From contig JAFGWZ010000123.1 of NCBI GenBank assembly GCA_016936905.1, positions 1-44,683 of the forward strand: a stretch of DNA of 44,683 nt, in the 5' to 3' direction. The notes beneath the pieces are model-generated. The model saw nothing but the letters and a program-made list of their open reading frames with translations, ran no database searches and had not been told where the DNA came from. Below are positions 29,091 to 39,120 of this stretch, piece by piece. A program made the position numbers and the translations under genes. Each line of letters starts with the position of its first letter. The first letter of the stretch is position 1. Origin of the DNA: Deltaproteobacteria bacterium (lineage in GTDB: Bacteria > Desulfobacterota > Syntrophia > Syntrophales > UBA6807).

Positions 29091-29895
29091 TTCCGCTCTC
29101 CGAAGCTCACATCCCGTGGTCCTCGAAACACAGAACCTGACGAAGATGTTCGGAGGGCTGACCGCGGTCAACGCATTCGATGCCCAGGTCCACAGAGGAG
29201 AGATATGCAGCATCATCGGACCAAACGGCGCCGGGAAAACAACGGTGTTCAACGCCGTGACAGGAATTTACACCCCTGAGAAAGGCCGTATTGTTTTTAA
29301 CGGAAACGACATCACCGGCCATAAACCGCACCATATCGTTGCCGCCGGCATTGCCCGCACATTCCAGAATATCCGTCTTTTCCCCACGATGACCTGCATG
29401 GAAAACATCATGGCGGGGCATCACTGCAGGATTTCATCGGGGCTGTGGGGCACACTCTTCAGATCGTCCGGGCAGAAACGGGAGGAAGAGGAAACAAGAA
29501 GCATTGCGGAATCGAGAATCAGACAGGTTCGGCTCTGGGACTATCGCCATGAGCTGGCAAGAAACATCGCTTACGGAAGCCAGAGGATGGTTGAAATTGC
29601 ACGGGCGCTCGCGACGGATCCAACACTCCTGGTGCTTGACGAACCGAGCAGCGGCCTGAATCCCAGAGAGACGGAAGAACTGATGGAATTTCTCACCGGA
29701 TTGATCAAAGAGGAAGATATAACAATCCTGCTGATCGAACATGATATGAACGTGGTTATGGGTATTTCCGACTGGGTCATCGTCATGGACGAAGGCAGGA
29801 AAATCGCCGAAGGCGGACCGGATCAGATATACCATAACCCTCGAGTCATCGAAGCCTATCTCGGCAGTGATGACAGGCAGGCACACCAGGAATAA
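29083..29895 (+). CDS. livG: Branched-chain amino acid ABC transporter ATPase
   Basis: GPNGAGKTT, IARTFQNIRLF, LDEP, LLIEHDM, VIEAYLG. Confidence 0.92.
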   Translation: MADSALRSSHPVVLETQNLTKMFGGLTAVNAFDAQVHRGEICSIIGPNGAGKTTVFNAVTGIYTPEKGRIVFNGNDITGHKPHHIVAAGIARTFQNIRLFPTMTCMENIMAGHHCRISSGLWGTLFRSSGQKREEEETRSIAESRIRQVRLWDYRHELARNIAYGSQRMVEIARALATDPTLLVLDEPSSGLNPRETEELMEFLTGLIKEEDITILLIEHDMNVVMGISDWVIVMDEGRKIAEGGPDQIYHNPRVIEAYLGSDDRQAHQE

Positions 29896-29900
29896 CGACC

Positions 29901-30644
29901 ATGGCTCCACTTCTCGTTGTTGAAAATCTTCATGTCTCATACGGCGCGGTCGAAGCACTCAAGGGAATCTCCCTCTACCTTGATGAAGGCGAAATAGCCT
30001 GCGTCCTCGGTGCCAACGGGGCCGGCAAATCAACGCTTCTCAAAGCAATTTCAGGTCTTATACCGATCACAAAGGGAAAGGTCTTTTTCAAAAGAGACGA
30101 ATTGAATCACGTGCCGTCATACGAAATCGTAGAGAAAGGCATCTCCCAGTCGCCGGAAGGAAGAAAAGTCTTCTCAACCCTTACGGTAGAAGAAAATCTC
30201 AACCTTGGAGGGTACTCCCGACGACGCTACAAGAATGAAATAAACGAAGCAAAAGAACGGGTCTTTGTCCTGTTCCCCATCCTCAGCAAGAGACGGCGAC
30301 AGCTCGCCGGAACGCTTTCCGGCGGCGAGCAGCAGATGCTGGCGATCGGGCGGGCCTTGATGAGTTCGCCGCAGTTACTGCTCCTTGATGAACCGTCCCT
30401 CGGGCTGGCCCCTATACTGGTTAATCAGATATTCGACATAATACGGGAAATCAACCAGCAGGGAACGACCATACTGCTTGTTGAACAGAATGCCCATAAG
30501 GCCCTTGGAATCGCCCGAAATGGGTATGTCCTTGAGAACGGTGCCCTGTCAACCAGCGGATCCGCGGAAGAACTGACATCAAATCAGAAAATTCAAGAGG
30601 CATATCTCGGGGGCACTGCGCTCAAGAATTACAGAAAACCATAA
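29901..30644 (+). CDS. livF: Branched-chain amino acid ABC transporter ATPase
   Basis: GANGAGKST, LSGGEQQMLAIGRAL, LDEPSLGLAP, VEQN. Confidence 0.93.
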   Translation: MAPLLVVENLHVSYGAVEALKGISLYLDEGEIACVLGANGAGKSTLLKAISGLIPITKGKVFFKRDELNHVPSYEIVEKGISQSPEGRKVFSTLTVEENLNLGGYSRRRYKNEINEAKERVFVLFPILSKRRRQLAGTLSGGEQQMLAIGRALMSSPQLLLLDEPSLGLAPILVNQIFDIIREINQQGTTILLVEQNAHKALGIARNGYVLENGALSTSGSAEELTSNQKIQEAYLGGTALKNYRKP

Positions 30645-30819
30645 GTCAAACACTACGGAATCTTTCTCTGTTTTTTATAAGGGGATCATACCCTGGTTAT
30701 CCCCTTCTTCATCACAGGCTGATTATTTTGACAAAACAGTTATTCACTGATAATGAATTGTTTTTCATACTATATGACGGTCAATGACAACAGGACATAC
30801 CGCCAAAGGCTGGTTTCAC

Positions 30820-31809
30820 ATGCTCGATAACCATAAGCGGAACATTAATTATCTAAGGGTATCGGTGACTGATCGCTGTAACCTCCGGTGCGTCTACTGT
30901 ATGCCGAAAGAAGGACTGTCTCAACTGGGACACAGGGACATTCTGAGTTACGAAGAAATTTTGAGGGTCGTTGAAGTTGCCATTAAAACAGGAATTGCGA
31001 AGGTCAGGGTAACCGGTGGAGAACCCCTGGTGCGGAGGGGTATCGTCGAGTTCATGGCACTGCTTAAAGATATGGAGGGCCTCCGGGATATTTCCATGAC
31101 AACGAATGGAATACTTCTCGAAAAATACGCGAAGGACCTCTACGAGAGCGGCATTAAAAGGATTAATGTAAGCCTTGACTCGCTGGATTCCGAAAAATAC
31201 CGAAAAATCACAAGACAGGGCGAGTTATCCCGGGTCCTTCAGGGAATCGCAAAAGCGGAACACATCGGATTTTCTCCCATTAAAATCAACGTGGTCGCCA
31301 TAGATGGATTCAATGATGATGAAATAGTGGACTTCGCCAAGCTTACCATGACGAAACCCTACCAGGTGCGATTCATCGAGTATATGCCCATAGGGCCGGC
31401 GTCCCTGGAAAACGGATTCCGGTCTCTTTCCAATGATGTTATTATGGACAGGATCAACCACGTTATCCCCATCGAGCCACTGGGAGAAAACGGAGGAACC
31501 GACGGACCTGCCCGGCTGTACAAAATGAGGGGGGCCGTGGGAACAATCGGTTTCATCAGCGCCATAAGTCACCAGTTCTGCCAATCGTGCAATCGGCTCC
31601 GACTCACGGCCGACGGTAAGCTCCGGGCATGCCTGCTCATCGATAATGAAGTAGACGTTAGATCACCGTTGCGTAATGGCTGCACCGATTTAGAACTGGA
31701 AGAAATCATTAAATATGTTATCATAAACAAGCCTCTGCACGGCGGCATCAGGTGTCATAAGAACCAGCGGAAAAACTGTACGCGTACAATGTCGTCAATA
31801 GGAGGATAG
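30820..31809 (+). CDS. moaA: GTP 3',8-cyclase (molybdenum cofactor biosynthesis)
   Basis: YLRVSVTDRCNLRCVYCMP, FCQSCNRLRLTADGKLRACL, C-terminal MSSIGG. Confidence 0.96.
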   Translation: MLDNHKRNINYLRVSVTDRCNLRCVYCMPKEGLSQLGHRDILSYEEILRVVEVAIKTGIAKVRVTGGEPLVRRGIVEFMALLKDMEGLRDISMTTNGILLEKYAKDLYESGIKRINVSLDSLDSEKYRKITRQGELSRVLQGIAKAEHIGFSPIKINVVAIDGFNDDEIVDFAKLTMTKPYQVRFIEYMPIGPASLENGFRSLSNDVIMDRINHVIPIEPLGENGGTDGPARLYKMRGAVGTIGFISAISHQFCQSCNRLRLTADGKLRACLLIDNEVDVRSPLRNGCTDLELEEIIKYVIINKPLHGGIRCHKNQRKNCTRTMSSIGG

Positions 31810-31969
31810 GCAGGATACTGATGACGGCAACTATCGCAGCACCACGGGTGCCGCTGTAATGCAATGTCATTAAATATTAAAAAACGGTATCCTCCGCAGA
31901 AAAGATTTCATGAAGACAGATCACATGAGTCTTCTTATGAGCATCAGGCCCTGAACTCTCAGACAACGA

Positions 31970-32746
31970 GTGTCACAGGATCGTGCCATGATCTTCGATG
32001 AAAAAACGGTACAGGCGTATGATGAATGGCTGAGGTCTCCGGCGGGTTATTATATCGCGGGGAGAAAACAGAAGCTGATTCTGGATCTCCTTGCGCTGCG
32101 TGAGGGAGAAACTGTCCTTGATGTTGGATGCGGGACCGGACAGTTTCTCATGGTGTTCAGGCGTCACGGCTGTGAAGTCGCCGGAATCGATCCGTCTCAG
32201 GCCATGATCGATGTAGCTCGGAAGAAACTCGGCCACCGGGCAGACCTCTATCGTGGGGACCTTCATGACCTGCCCTTTTCCGACAATGACTTTGATGTCG
32301 TCTCCATTATTACCTCCCTCGAGTTCTGTGAGGACCCGGAAAAGGTTATCGCGGAAGCATTTCGTGTTGCCCGCAATCGAATCGTTATCGTCTTTATCAA
32401 CAGATACTCGCCGGCAATGGGACATCGGAAAGAAGATCCGATTGTTCGTCATGCCCTCCGTACATTCGGAATCTGGGAAATGAAACGTCTTGTTACCACG
32501 GCATTCACGTCAATGCATGTCCTATGGGGAAGTGTCATATTTCTTCCCTTTTGGTGCTACCCTTCGTTTTCGGTGGTCGAAGAACGGATCCCGATCCCCA
32601 GGAACCCTCTGGGTTTCTTTGGCGCATGTCTGTTCCCCGTTGTTTACACCCATCACACCATACAGCATCCTTTAAAAAGTTCTCTGGCCGTCGATGTTCG
32701 CAATGGCCGTCATGTGCCGGGAACCGCCCGGGAGATGAAACGATGA
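31970..32746 (+). CDS. Class I SAM-dependent methyltransferase
   Basis: VLDVGCGTG, LPFSDNDFD; start may be 31988. Confidence 0.85.
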   Translation: MSQDRAMIFDEKTVQAYDEWLRSPAGYYIAGRKQKLILDLLALREGETVLDVGCGTGQFLMVFRRHGCEVAGIDPSQAMIDVARKKLGHRADLYRGDLHDLPFSDNDFDVVSIITSLEFCEDPEKVIAEAFRVARNRIVIVFINRYSPAMGHRKEDPIVRHALRTFGIWEMKRLVTTAFTSMHVLWGSVIFLPFWCYPSFSVVEERIPIPRNPLGFFGACLFPVVYTHHTIQHPLKSSLAVDVRNGRHVPGTAREMKR

Positions 32747-33756
32747 TTCGAGAAGCCATGTTATATGAAACGATGGGAACGAAGAAGGTCCGTTGCAACC
32801 TCTGCGCTCACCGATGTACGATCGGACCGTCGAAAAGGGGAATCTGCGGCGTCCGCGAAAACCGTGACGGCACATTGTACACTCTTGCCTATGGCACCAT
32901 CATCGCTCAGAACGTCGATCCCATCGAGAAAAAGCCGCTTTTTCACGTCTATCCCGGTTCAAAATCCTTCTCCATCGCTACGGTGGGATGCAATTTCAGG
33001 TGCACCTTCTGCCAGAATAACGAAATTTCTCAGATGCCCCGAGAATCGGGCAGAATCATGGGCTCCCCCGCTTTACCTGAGGATGTCGTCAGCCGCGCCC
33101 TCACGTCTGGATCAAAGACCATCGCCTATACCTACACGGAACCAACCATATTTTTTGAGTACGCCCTTGATATCGGGAAATCCGCTCATGCGAAAGGAAT
33201 CAGGAATGTCTTCGTTACGAACGGATACATGAGCGCCGAAGCCCTTAATGTAATTTCACCGTTCCTCGACGCCGCAAATGTAGACCTGAAATCCTTCAGT
33301 GACGACTTTTACAAAAAATACTGCGGGGCGCGGTTACAGCCTGTTCTCGACAGCCTGAAACGAATGAAAGAGCAGGGAATCTGGCTCGAGATAACGACGC
33401 TCATTATTCCATCCCTCAATGACAGCGATGAAGAACTCAAAGACATTGCCCGATTTATCGCTTCTCTCGGGTCGGATACTCCCTGGCACATAAGCCGGTT
33501 CCATCCGCACTACGAGATGACCCACCTGCCGTCAACGCCGGTAAAAACACTCCACAAGGCGGCCCGGTTCGGCGCAGAGGCGGGGTTGAAATATGTTTAC
33601 ACGGGAAACGTACCGGGAGACCGACAGGAGAGCACCTTTTGTTCCAACTGTGGAAACAAACTCATCGACCGATATGGATTTCATATTAATGAGCTGAATC
33701 TTGATGGATCTAAATGCCCTCGATGCGGGACACCTCTTCATGGTATCCTCGGCTGA
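32743..33756 (+). CDS. amrS: AmmeMemoRadiSam system radical SAM enzyme
   Basis: CNLCAHRC...GICGVREN, DPIEKKPLFH, GCNFRCTFCQN, YTYTEPT, HISRFHP, C-terminal CxxC pairs; ATG overlaps upstream TGA. Confidence 0.9.
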   Translation: MIREAMLYETMGTKKVRCNLCAHRCTIGPSKRGICGVRENRDGTLYTLAYGTIIAQNVDPIEKKPLFHVYPGSKSFSIATVGCNFRCTFCQNNEISQMPRESGRIMGSPALPEDVVSRALTSGSKTIAYTYTEPTIFFEYALDIGKSAHAKGIRNVFVTNGYMSAEALNVISPFLDAANVDLKSFSDDFYKKYCGARLQPVLDSLKRMKEQGIWLEITTLIIPSLNDSDEELKDIARFIASLGSDTPWHISRFHPHYEMTHLPSTPVKTLHKAARFGAEAGLKYVYTGNVPGDRQESTFCSNCGNKLIDRYGFHINELNLDGSKCPRCGTPLHGILG

Positions 33757-33808
33757 ACAGGTAGAACGAGATAATAAATAACGATTATATGGATAGGAAA
33801 AGGATGTA

Positions 33809-34360
33809 ATGGCAAACGTCTTCATTTTTACCGTCAACGACGAACCCGCCGGGAGACGGTTCAGCATGACTATACAGAACGGGTATGATATGGGGCAGCT
33901 CCTGTCCCACATACAGGATGAATCACACAGAGATGCTCTAGAGCAAATGTATGCCGGCGGAAAATGCTACCTCTGGGGAGAGGCGGAGGAAAGCGGAAAA
34001 ACGCGATCCGAATGGGAAATCATGTGTGAAGGAGACCTCGCACTCGGTTATAGTGAAAACGCTATTATATCCGTATCACGCGTCATGTATAAAATGGACG
34101 ACCCTGCACTGGCAGATCATCTGTGGGGAAAAGATGATGGCACGTCTTTCCGTCTTATTTTTTTTATGACTATGCCGCATCTCTGCAACGTTGAGATCGT
34201 ACCCAGGATGCTTACCTATCTCGATCCGCCCTATGACAACCTGTCACGCGTCGGACCCGATAAGCTGAGAAACATACTTACTCACTATATATCTCTGGAA
34301 GACTTTGCCCGGCTTCTTTTCGGGGAGGATTTCCCCACCAGCCTCCGTCACTCGTTGTAG
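33809..34360 (+). CDS. Hypothetical protein
   Basis: 183-aa ORF with AAGGA SD that fills the gap on the coding strand; no motif recognised. Confidence 0.65.
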   Translation: MANVFIFTVNDEPAGRRFSMTIQNGYDMGQLLSHIQDESHRDALEQMYAGGKCYLWGEAEESGKTRSEWEIMCEGDLALGYSENAIISVSRVMYKMDDPALADHLWGKDDGTSFRLIFFMTMPHLCNVEIVPRMLTYLDPPYDNLSRVGPDKLRNILTHYISLEDFARLLFGEDFPTSLRHSL

Positions 34361-34389
34361 CCTGCAGCCGTTCCCTTGTACCTTCCCTC

Positions 34390-34514
34390 TGTCATTTCGA
34401 ACGCATGTGAGAAATCTTGTGTTTATGAAGAAGCCACGCAGAACTAAGATTTCTCAGTCGCTTCACTCCTTCAAAATGACACTTTCTACCTCATGGTGTT
34501 TGCGAGACCATCAA
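34390..34514. repeat. TGTCATTTCG...AAATGACA palindrome with one downstream TIR-like end
   Basis: Same core as 1331 and 14621; TTTGCGAGACCATCAA (34499-34514) is the near reverse complement of the 1304 end. Confidence 0.7.
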
Positions 34515-34596
34515 ATGTGACCCTGATTTATTTTTCTTGACTTAGAATGAACATCAATCGTAATTTACATGCACAGAAAAAAGCACAGGAATTGAA

Positions 34597-35073
34597 ATGA
34601 ACAGGCGCGGAAAAGTAATGGTGGTGGATGATGAAGCGACTATTCGTGAAGTATTATCGAGCTATCTGGAAAAAATGAATTATTCCGTTGAGACGGCCGA
34701 GGACGGTGAGGATGCCCTTAAAAAATTTAGAAAAGGGGACTTCGACCTTATCATTTCTGACCTGTCGATGCCAAAAATTGATGGCCTGGAACTGCTGAAA
34801 AGGATCCGGGTCATTGATAAAGATGTTATCTTTCTCATGATTACCGGATATCCTTCGATTGAGACAGCGGTAGACGCCATAAAGAAGGGCGCGTATGACT
34901 ATCTTACCAAACCCTTTCACATGGAAGATATTAAATTGAGGATAGAAAGGGCCTTAGAAAAGCGCTTACTAAAAGAACGCCTGAAAACTGTCCAGGGACT
35001 GGCATGGGCTCTCGTGTTTTCAATTCCCCTGTGGCTGATTCTGGGAATTATCCTTGCGGCTCTCCTCCGGTAA
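34597..35073 (+). CDS. Response regulator receiver protein with C-terminal transmembrane helix
   Basis: VVDDE, DLIISDLSMP, GAYDYLTKPF; tail LAWALVFSIPLWLILGIILAALLR. Confidence 0.85.
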   Translation: MNRRGKVMVVDDEATIREVLSSYLEKMNYSVETAEDGEDALKKFRKGDFDLIISDLSMPKIDGLELLKRIRVIDKDVIFLMITGYPSIETAVDAIKKGAYDYLTKPFHMEDIKLRIERALEKRLLKERLKTVQGLAWALVFSIPLWLILGIILAALLR

Positions 35074-35198
35074 TCACCAGGGTATCCCGCATCAGCAGCA
35101 AATGAAGGGCCCTGCAATGTAATATCAGACCGTTAACAAGAATCAGTCATTGTGTGAACAGATAATTTTTCCAAAAGGGGAAAAGAGGGGGGGGATTT

Positions 35199-35966
35199 AT
35201 GAAGCTGAGAAGGAGCTTGATACTTGCTGGTATCTTTCTGTTGTTCGCCGGGACCTTTGCTGCTGCAGAAGACTCGGATTATCTGTCAAAGAAAAATGCC
35301 GTGGGGGTAAGGATCGGGTATCATCTGTACGATAGTAACGACACCATCGATTACTGGCAGATGGACAAATCGGATTTTTCAAGTGCCATCGGAGAGATTA
35401 CCTATGAACGATCATTGTCAAAACGTTTCGGTATAGATTTTTCCGTGGGTTTTTTCGAGACCGATGATAACTTTGACAGTTGTAAGCGAATCTCCGGTAG
35501 CGGCTATTATATAGATGTATATCCTCAGTCCAACACAAAAGTGCGCAATATCTTTTTTTCGCCGACCCTCAAAGTATACTTGTCGCTCAGTGACTCCGTG
35601 CTCTTATATGCAGGAGCGGGGCCTGACTATTGCTACTCGGAGGCAGAGTTTCAATGGAGGCTCGATGTCAACGATGGAACGACAACGTACGACCTGACCA
35701 TTAACGAAACCGATAACAGACATTCCTTCGGGGCTCACGGACTTGTGGGAATTGAATACTACTTTTATAAAGACCCGAAAAGCCACGGTGCGTTTGATGC
35801 ACCTGTCAGTTTATTTTTCGAATACAAATATGCCACCATCAACGTGGGTGATTTCGATGAAAAAGTGGTCGATAATATTCACGCCAACTCAGGCGTGAGT
35901 ATTGGCAAGCATGATTGGAATGTGGGCGGCCACTATGTGTATGTCGGATTGCGCTGGCATTTCTAA
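35199..35966 (+). CDS. Outer-membrane beta-barrel protein
   Basis: Signal peptide, alternating amphipathic strands, YAGAG, C-terminal GLRWHF beta-signal. Confidence 0.8.
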   Translation: MKLRRSLILAGIFLLFAGTFAAAEDSDYLSKKNAVGVRIGYHLYDSNDTIDYWQMDKSDFSSAIGEITYERSLSKRFGIDFSVGFFETDDNFDSCKRISGSGYYIDVYPQSNTKVRNIFFSPTLKVYLSLSDSVLLYAGAGPDYCYSEAEFQWRLDVNDGTTTYDLTINETDNRHSFGAHGLVGIEYYFYKDPKSHGAFDAPVSLFFEYKYATINVGDFDEKVVDNIHANSGVSIGKHDWNVGGHYVYVGLRWHF

Positions 35967-36350
35967 CGTTTCCGGTCCCCGCGGCTGTCCTCATTCATTG
36001 CGACAGGGCATGGTGCCCTGACATTCCTGCAACACGCCGCAGGTAGCGGCATACGGATCAGAAATGAGTCAGGAAGTGTTATGTTTAAAGAGATTCCGTG
36101 ATAACTACTTACTAAAAACATCGCCAGGCAGGATAATTGTGAATTGCTATTACAGGATATCGCCGCCAATCGCAACATATATCCGTGAACATGAACTATT
36201 AAGAGGATGTGTCAGGATAACGCTGACCCCGATCATAACAACCATCAAATATCCGAAACTTGCGGGATTATCTATGCTCGGAGTGTTGCTGATCCTGTCG
36301 TATCAGCGGCGCCGAAAGGTTCAAGGGGACGGGTAACCAACGACGGTATA

Positions 36351-36434
36351 AGTGATTAGTGGTAAGTGGCGAGTGGTTATTAGTGACCACTAATCACTAT
36401 TCACTACCCCCTACACCCTATCCCCTACCCCCTA
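36351..36434. repeat. Heptamer arrays: AGTGRNN arm with complementary NNNCACT arm, then (ANNCCCT)x4
   Basis: AGTGATTAGTGGT (36351-36363) is exactly complementary to ACCACTAATCACT (36386-36398); ACCCCCT ACACCCT ATCCCCT ACCCCCT. Confidence 0.8.
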
Positions 36435-36464
36435 TATTGATGTCTGTAACTCCCTGCAAACATC

Positions 36465-36526
36465 AGATTCCCGCTTTCGCGGGAATGACATATCGGAAAG
36501 TTCATGCCTTTTTCCAAAGTCGTCAA
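36465..36526. repeat. dRS3-like ATTCCC-N8-GGGAAT palindrome plus MITE-like end
   Basis: ATTCCC GCTTTCGC GGGAAT GACA at 36467-36490; CTTTTTCCAAAGTCGTCAA resembles the TIRs ending at 1463 and 6513. Confidence 0.65.
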
Positions 36527-36707
36527 TTTTCTTGATATACCAATTCCCACTTCACATCCCGAATCATCTTTTATTTTCAAATTAAATATGTTAATTTTCT
36601 TTATTGAAAATTGCACATCGTGGTCTTTTTCGGAAGCGTCACGGGGCATGACAGTCTTTTCATAATAAGAGACCACTGACCAGTCACCATAATAAGGAGA
36701 GCCAACT

Positions 36708-39005
36708 ATGACCTCGAAGCGATTCATAACATCTTTTGTCGTATTTATTCTTGCAATAGCCCTTGTGGCCTGCGGAAGCTCCGACTCAAAAAAAGCAAAA
36801 TTCTATGAGAAAGGGATGGAACTCTACGCGAAGGGTGAGTACGGTAAGGCCGCGATAAACTTCGGCAACGCCGCGAAAATTGATCCTCAGTTTGCAGACG
36901 CTTACGCCATGATGGGCCAGTCACTCATGAAGCGAATGCAATTTAAACAGGCTTTCGGCGCCCTGACAAAAGCAGTTGAGCTGAAAGCGGACCTCTGGGA
37001 TGCGCACGTAGCACTGGGTAATATCTACCTCGCCGGCCGTAAAAAAGATATGGCTTGGGAAAAAGTAAATCTGGTCCTGAGTAAAAATCCAAACCACCAC
37101 GAAGCCTTGCTCTTAAAAGCAAATTGCCTTACCTCCGAAGGCAGATACGCCGAGGCACACCAAATTATCACCTCGCTTATCGATAAAGATCCCGACAACA
37201 ACAACCTCTATCTCATACTGGCCACGATTCTGTTACGAGAGAAGAACCTGATAGGCGCGGAGAAAGCCCTGACAACACTTCTTCTAAAAGACGAGACGAA
37301 TATACGGGGACATCTGCTGCTGGCGCAGATACTCGAGCATGAAAACCGCCTTCCCGAGGCCGAAAATGAATTAAAAATACTTGTCAGCCAGCAACCGGAT
37401 AAAGATGAACCGAAGATCCTGCTGGCTCAATTTTACAACCGGACGAATAAAAAAAGTGACGCAGAAAAAATCCTCACCGATATGATCAACGCAAAGCCCC
37501 GGGAAATGCGACTACATCTCAACCTTGCCCGGTTTTATTTCGACAACAAACAATATGAACAGATGGTCGCGACATTACAGACCGTGATCAAGGATTTCCC
37601 CGGTCAATACGCGCCATACGATATACTTGCCCGGTATGAACTGGGGCAAAATAACAAAGACAAGGCTATCGAACTTCTTGAACAATACATGGCAAGCGCG
37701 AAATCAGGACCGGATATACTGAAAGCAAAGACGATGCTGGCGGGAATTCGATTTTACGAACGTAACTTCGACGAATCAATGAAACTGGTGAACGAAGTGC
37801 TGGCAGAAAATCCCAACGACGCAACGGGCCATACACTGAAAGGTGATCTTTTGGTTGCCCAAAAAGACTATGTCGGAGCAATTGCCGAATATCGTACGGT
37901 TATCAAGGATGAGCCGGAAAACACTTCCGTGCTTCTCGGCCTGGCCCGGACGCACCTTCTCAATAAGGAGCCGGAGATCGCCAAAGATACTTATAGAAGC
38001 ATCCTCACCATAAATCCGAACACCGGCCCAGCCCTGCTCGCACTCGGCAATATGGCCCTTGATGAGAAAGATCTTGACACGGCCGACCGATATTTTTCAC
38101 GCCTCCTGACAGTCGCGCCTGAGTCCCCCGTCCCTTATTACAAAAAGGGAATAGTAAAACAGCTTGAACAGAAAGGAGAGGAAGCGACGGTTCTCTTCGA
38201 AAAAGCTCTGGAAGCAAACATTGATTATACGCCGGCGCTCGTTCGGAGTCTTGATCCCCTGTTACAGGAAAAGAATGTGGATGAGGCAATCCAGCGTGTT
38301 GAGCGGCAACTCAAAAAAAGTCCTGAAAATCCTTCTTATTACATAGTTCTTGGAAAACTTTATGCCGTTAAAAAAGACTATGCAACGGCGGAAAAGAACT
38401 TTGAAAAAGCATACGAAATCAATCCGAACAGTCAACAGGCGCTGTTCAATCTTGCCCGGCTAGAACACTTAAAGGGGTCGCCTGACGAAGCCCTGGCAAA
38501 CTATGAGAAAATGAGAAAGCTGAATCCCGATGATACTCGGATTCCCCTTCTTATGGCCATGACGATGGAACAGAAGGGCGAACCGAAAGAGGCGGCGGCG
38601 ATTTATGAAGAAATTCTCGGTAAAACCCCCGATTCTCCCCTGGCGGCAAACAACCTTGCGTTCTACTACGCCGAATATGAACCGACAAAAGAAAATCTTG
38701 AAAAAGCCGAGAAAATAATGGCGCCGCTCCTGGAAAAATTTAAAAATGAACCGGCCATCGTGGATACCGGCGCCTGGGTCTTCTACCGAAAGGGCGATTA
38801 TAAAAAGGCGGCTGATCTCATGACAAATATACAAGATAAAATTAAAAAAGTTCCTGCCATTAACTATCATGTGGGAATGATTCATCTCGGACTGGGAGAT
38901 AAACCCACAGCGCAAGAACATCTCAAACGTGCTGTGGAAAGCGGTGAAAAATTCCCCGGCTACGAAGATGCACAGAAGGCCCTGTCGCGAGTGAGTGGAA
39001 AGTGA
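36708..39005 (+). CDS. TPR-repeat lipoprotein (PrsT-like, EPS/PEP-CTERM-associated)
   Basis: Lipobox LVAC, many TPRs, AANNLA...DT.AWV.YRKG tail; upstream of polysaccharide export genes. Confidence 0.85.
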   Translation: MTSKRFITSFVVFILAIALVACGSSDSKKAKFYEKGMELYAKGEYGKAAINFGNAAKIDPQFADAYAMMGQSLMKRMQFKQAFGALTKAVELKADLWDAHVALGNIYLAGRKKDMAWEKVNLVLSKNPNHHEALLLKANCLTSEGRYAEAHQIITSLIDKDPDNNNLYLILATILLREKNLIGAEKALTTLLLKDETNIRGHLLLAQILEHENRLPEAENELKILVSQQPDKDEPKILLAQFYNRTNKKSDAEKILTDMINAKPREMRLHLNLARFYFDNKQYEQMVATLQTVIKDFPGQYAPYDILARYELGQNNKDKAIELLEQYMASAKSGPDILKAKTMLAGIRFYERNFDESMKLVNEVLAENPNDATGHTLKGDLLVAQKDYVGAIAEYRTVIKDEPENTSVLLGLARTHLLNKEPEIAKDTYRSILTINPNTGPALLALGNMALDEKDLDTADRYFSRLLTVAPESPVPYYKKGIVKQLEQKGEEATVLFEKALEANIDYTPALVRSLDPLLQEKNVDEAIQRVERQLKKSPENPSYYIVLGKLYAVKKDYATAEKNFEKAYEINPNSQQALFNLARLEHLKGSPDEALANYEKMRKLNPDDTRIPLLMAMTMEQKGEPKEAAAIYEEILGKTPDSPLAANNLAFYYAEYEPTKENLEKAEKIMAPLLEKFKNEPAIVDTGAWVFYRKGDYKKAADLMTNIQDKIKKVPAINYHVGMIHLGLGDKPTAQEHLKRAVESGEKFPGYEDAQKALSRVSGK

Positions 39006-39120
39006 CAAGTGGTAACGGGCTGTTGCCCAAACGAAAATTCATTTAAGCGGTCTTCATAGACCCAGTGAAAATGAAATTGGGCAATAACCCCGTGACATAC
39101 CGTTAAAAAAGTCATTACAT

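Noticed and set aside
30645-30819. Moco riboswitch upstream of moaA
   Set aside because: No recognisable motif; only a terminator-like hairpin and an AT-rich promoter region. An Rfam scan would be needed to exclude it
32524-32742. N-terminal extension of amrS; likewise extensions of livM, PTS IIB, bactofilin and rpsA
   Set aside because: They overlap upstream genes or precede better starts; family similarity begins later
36300-36340. c-di-GMP riboswitch or ops/JUMPstart element upstream of the EPS locus
   Set aside because: A GAAA-loop-like segment is present, but the conserved consensus features are not evident
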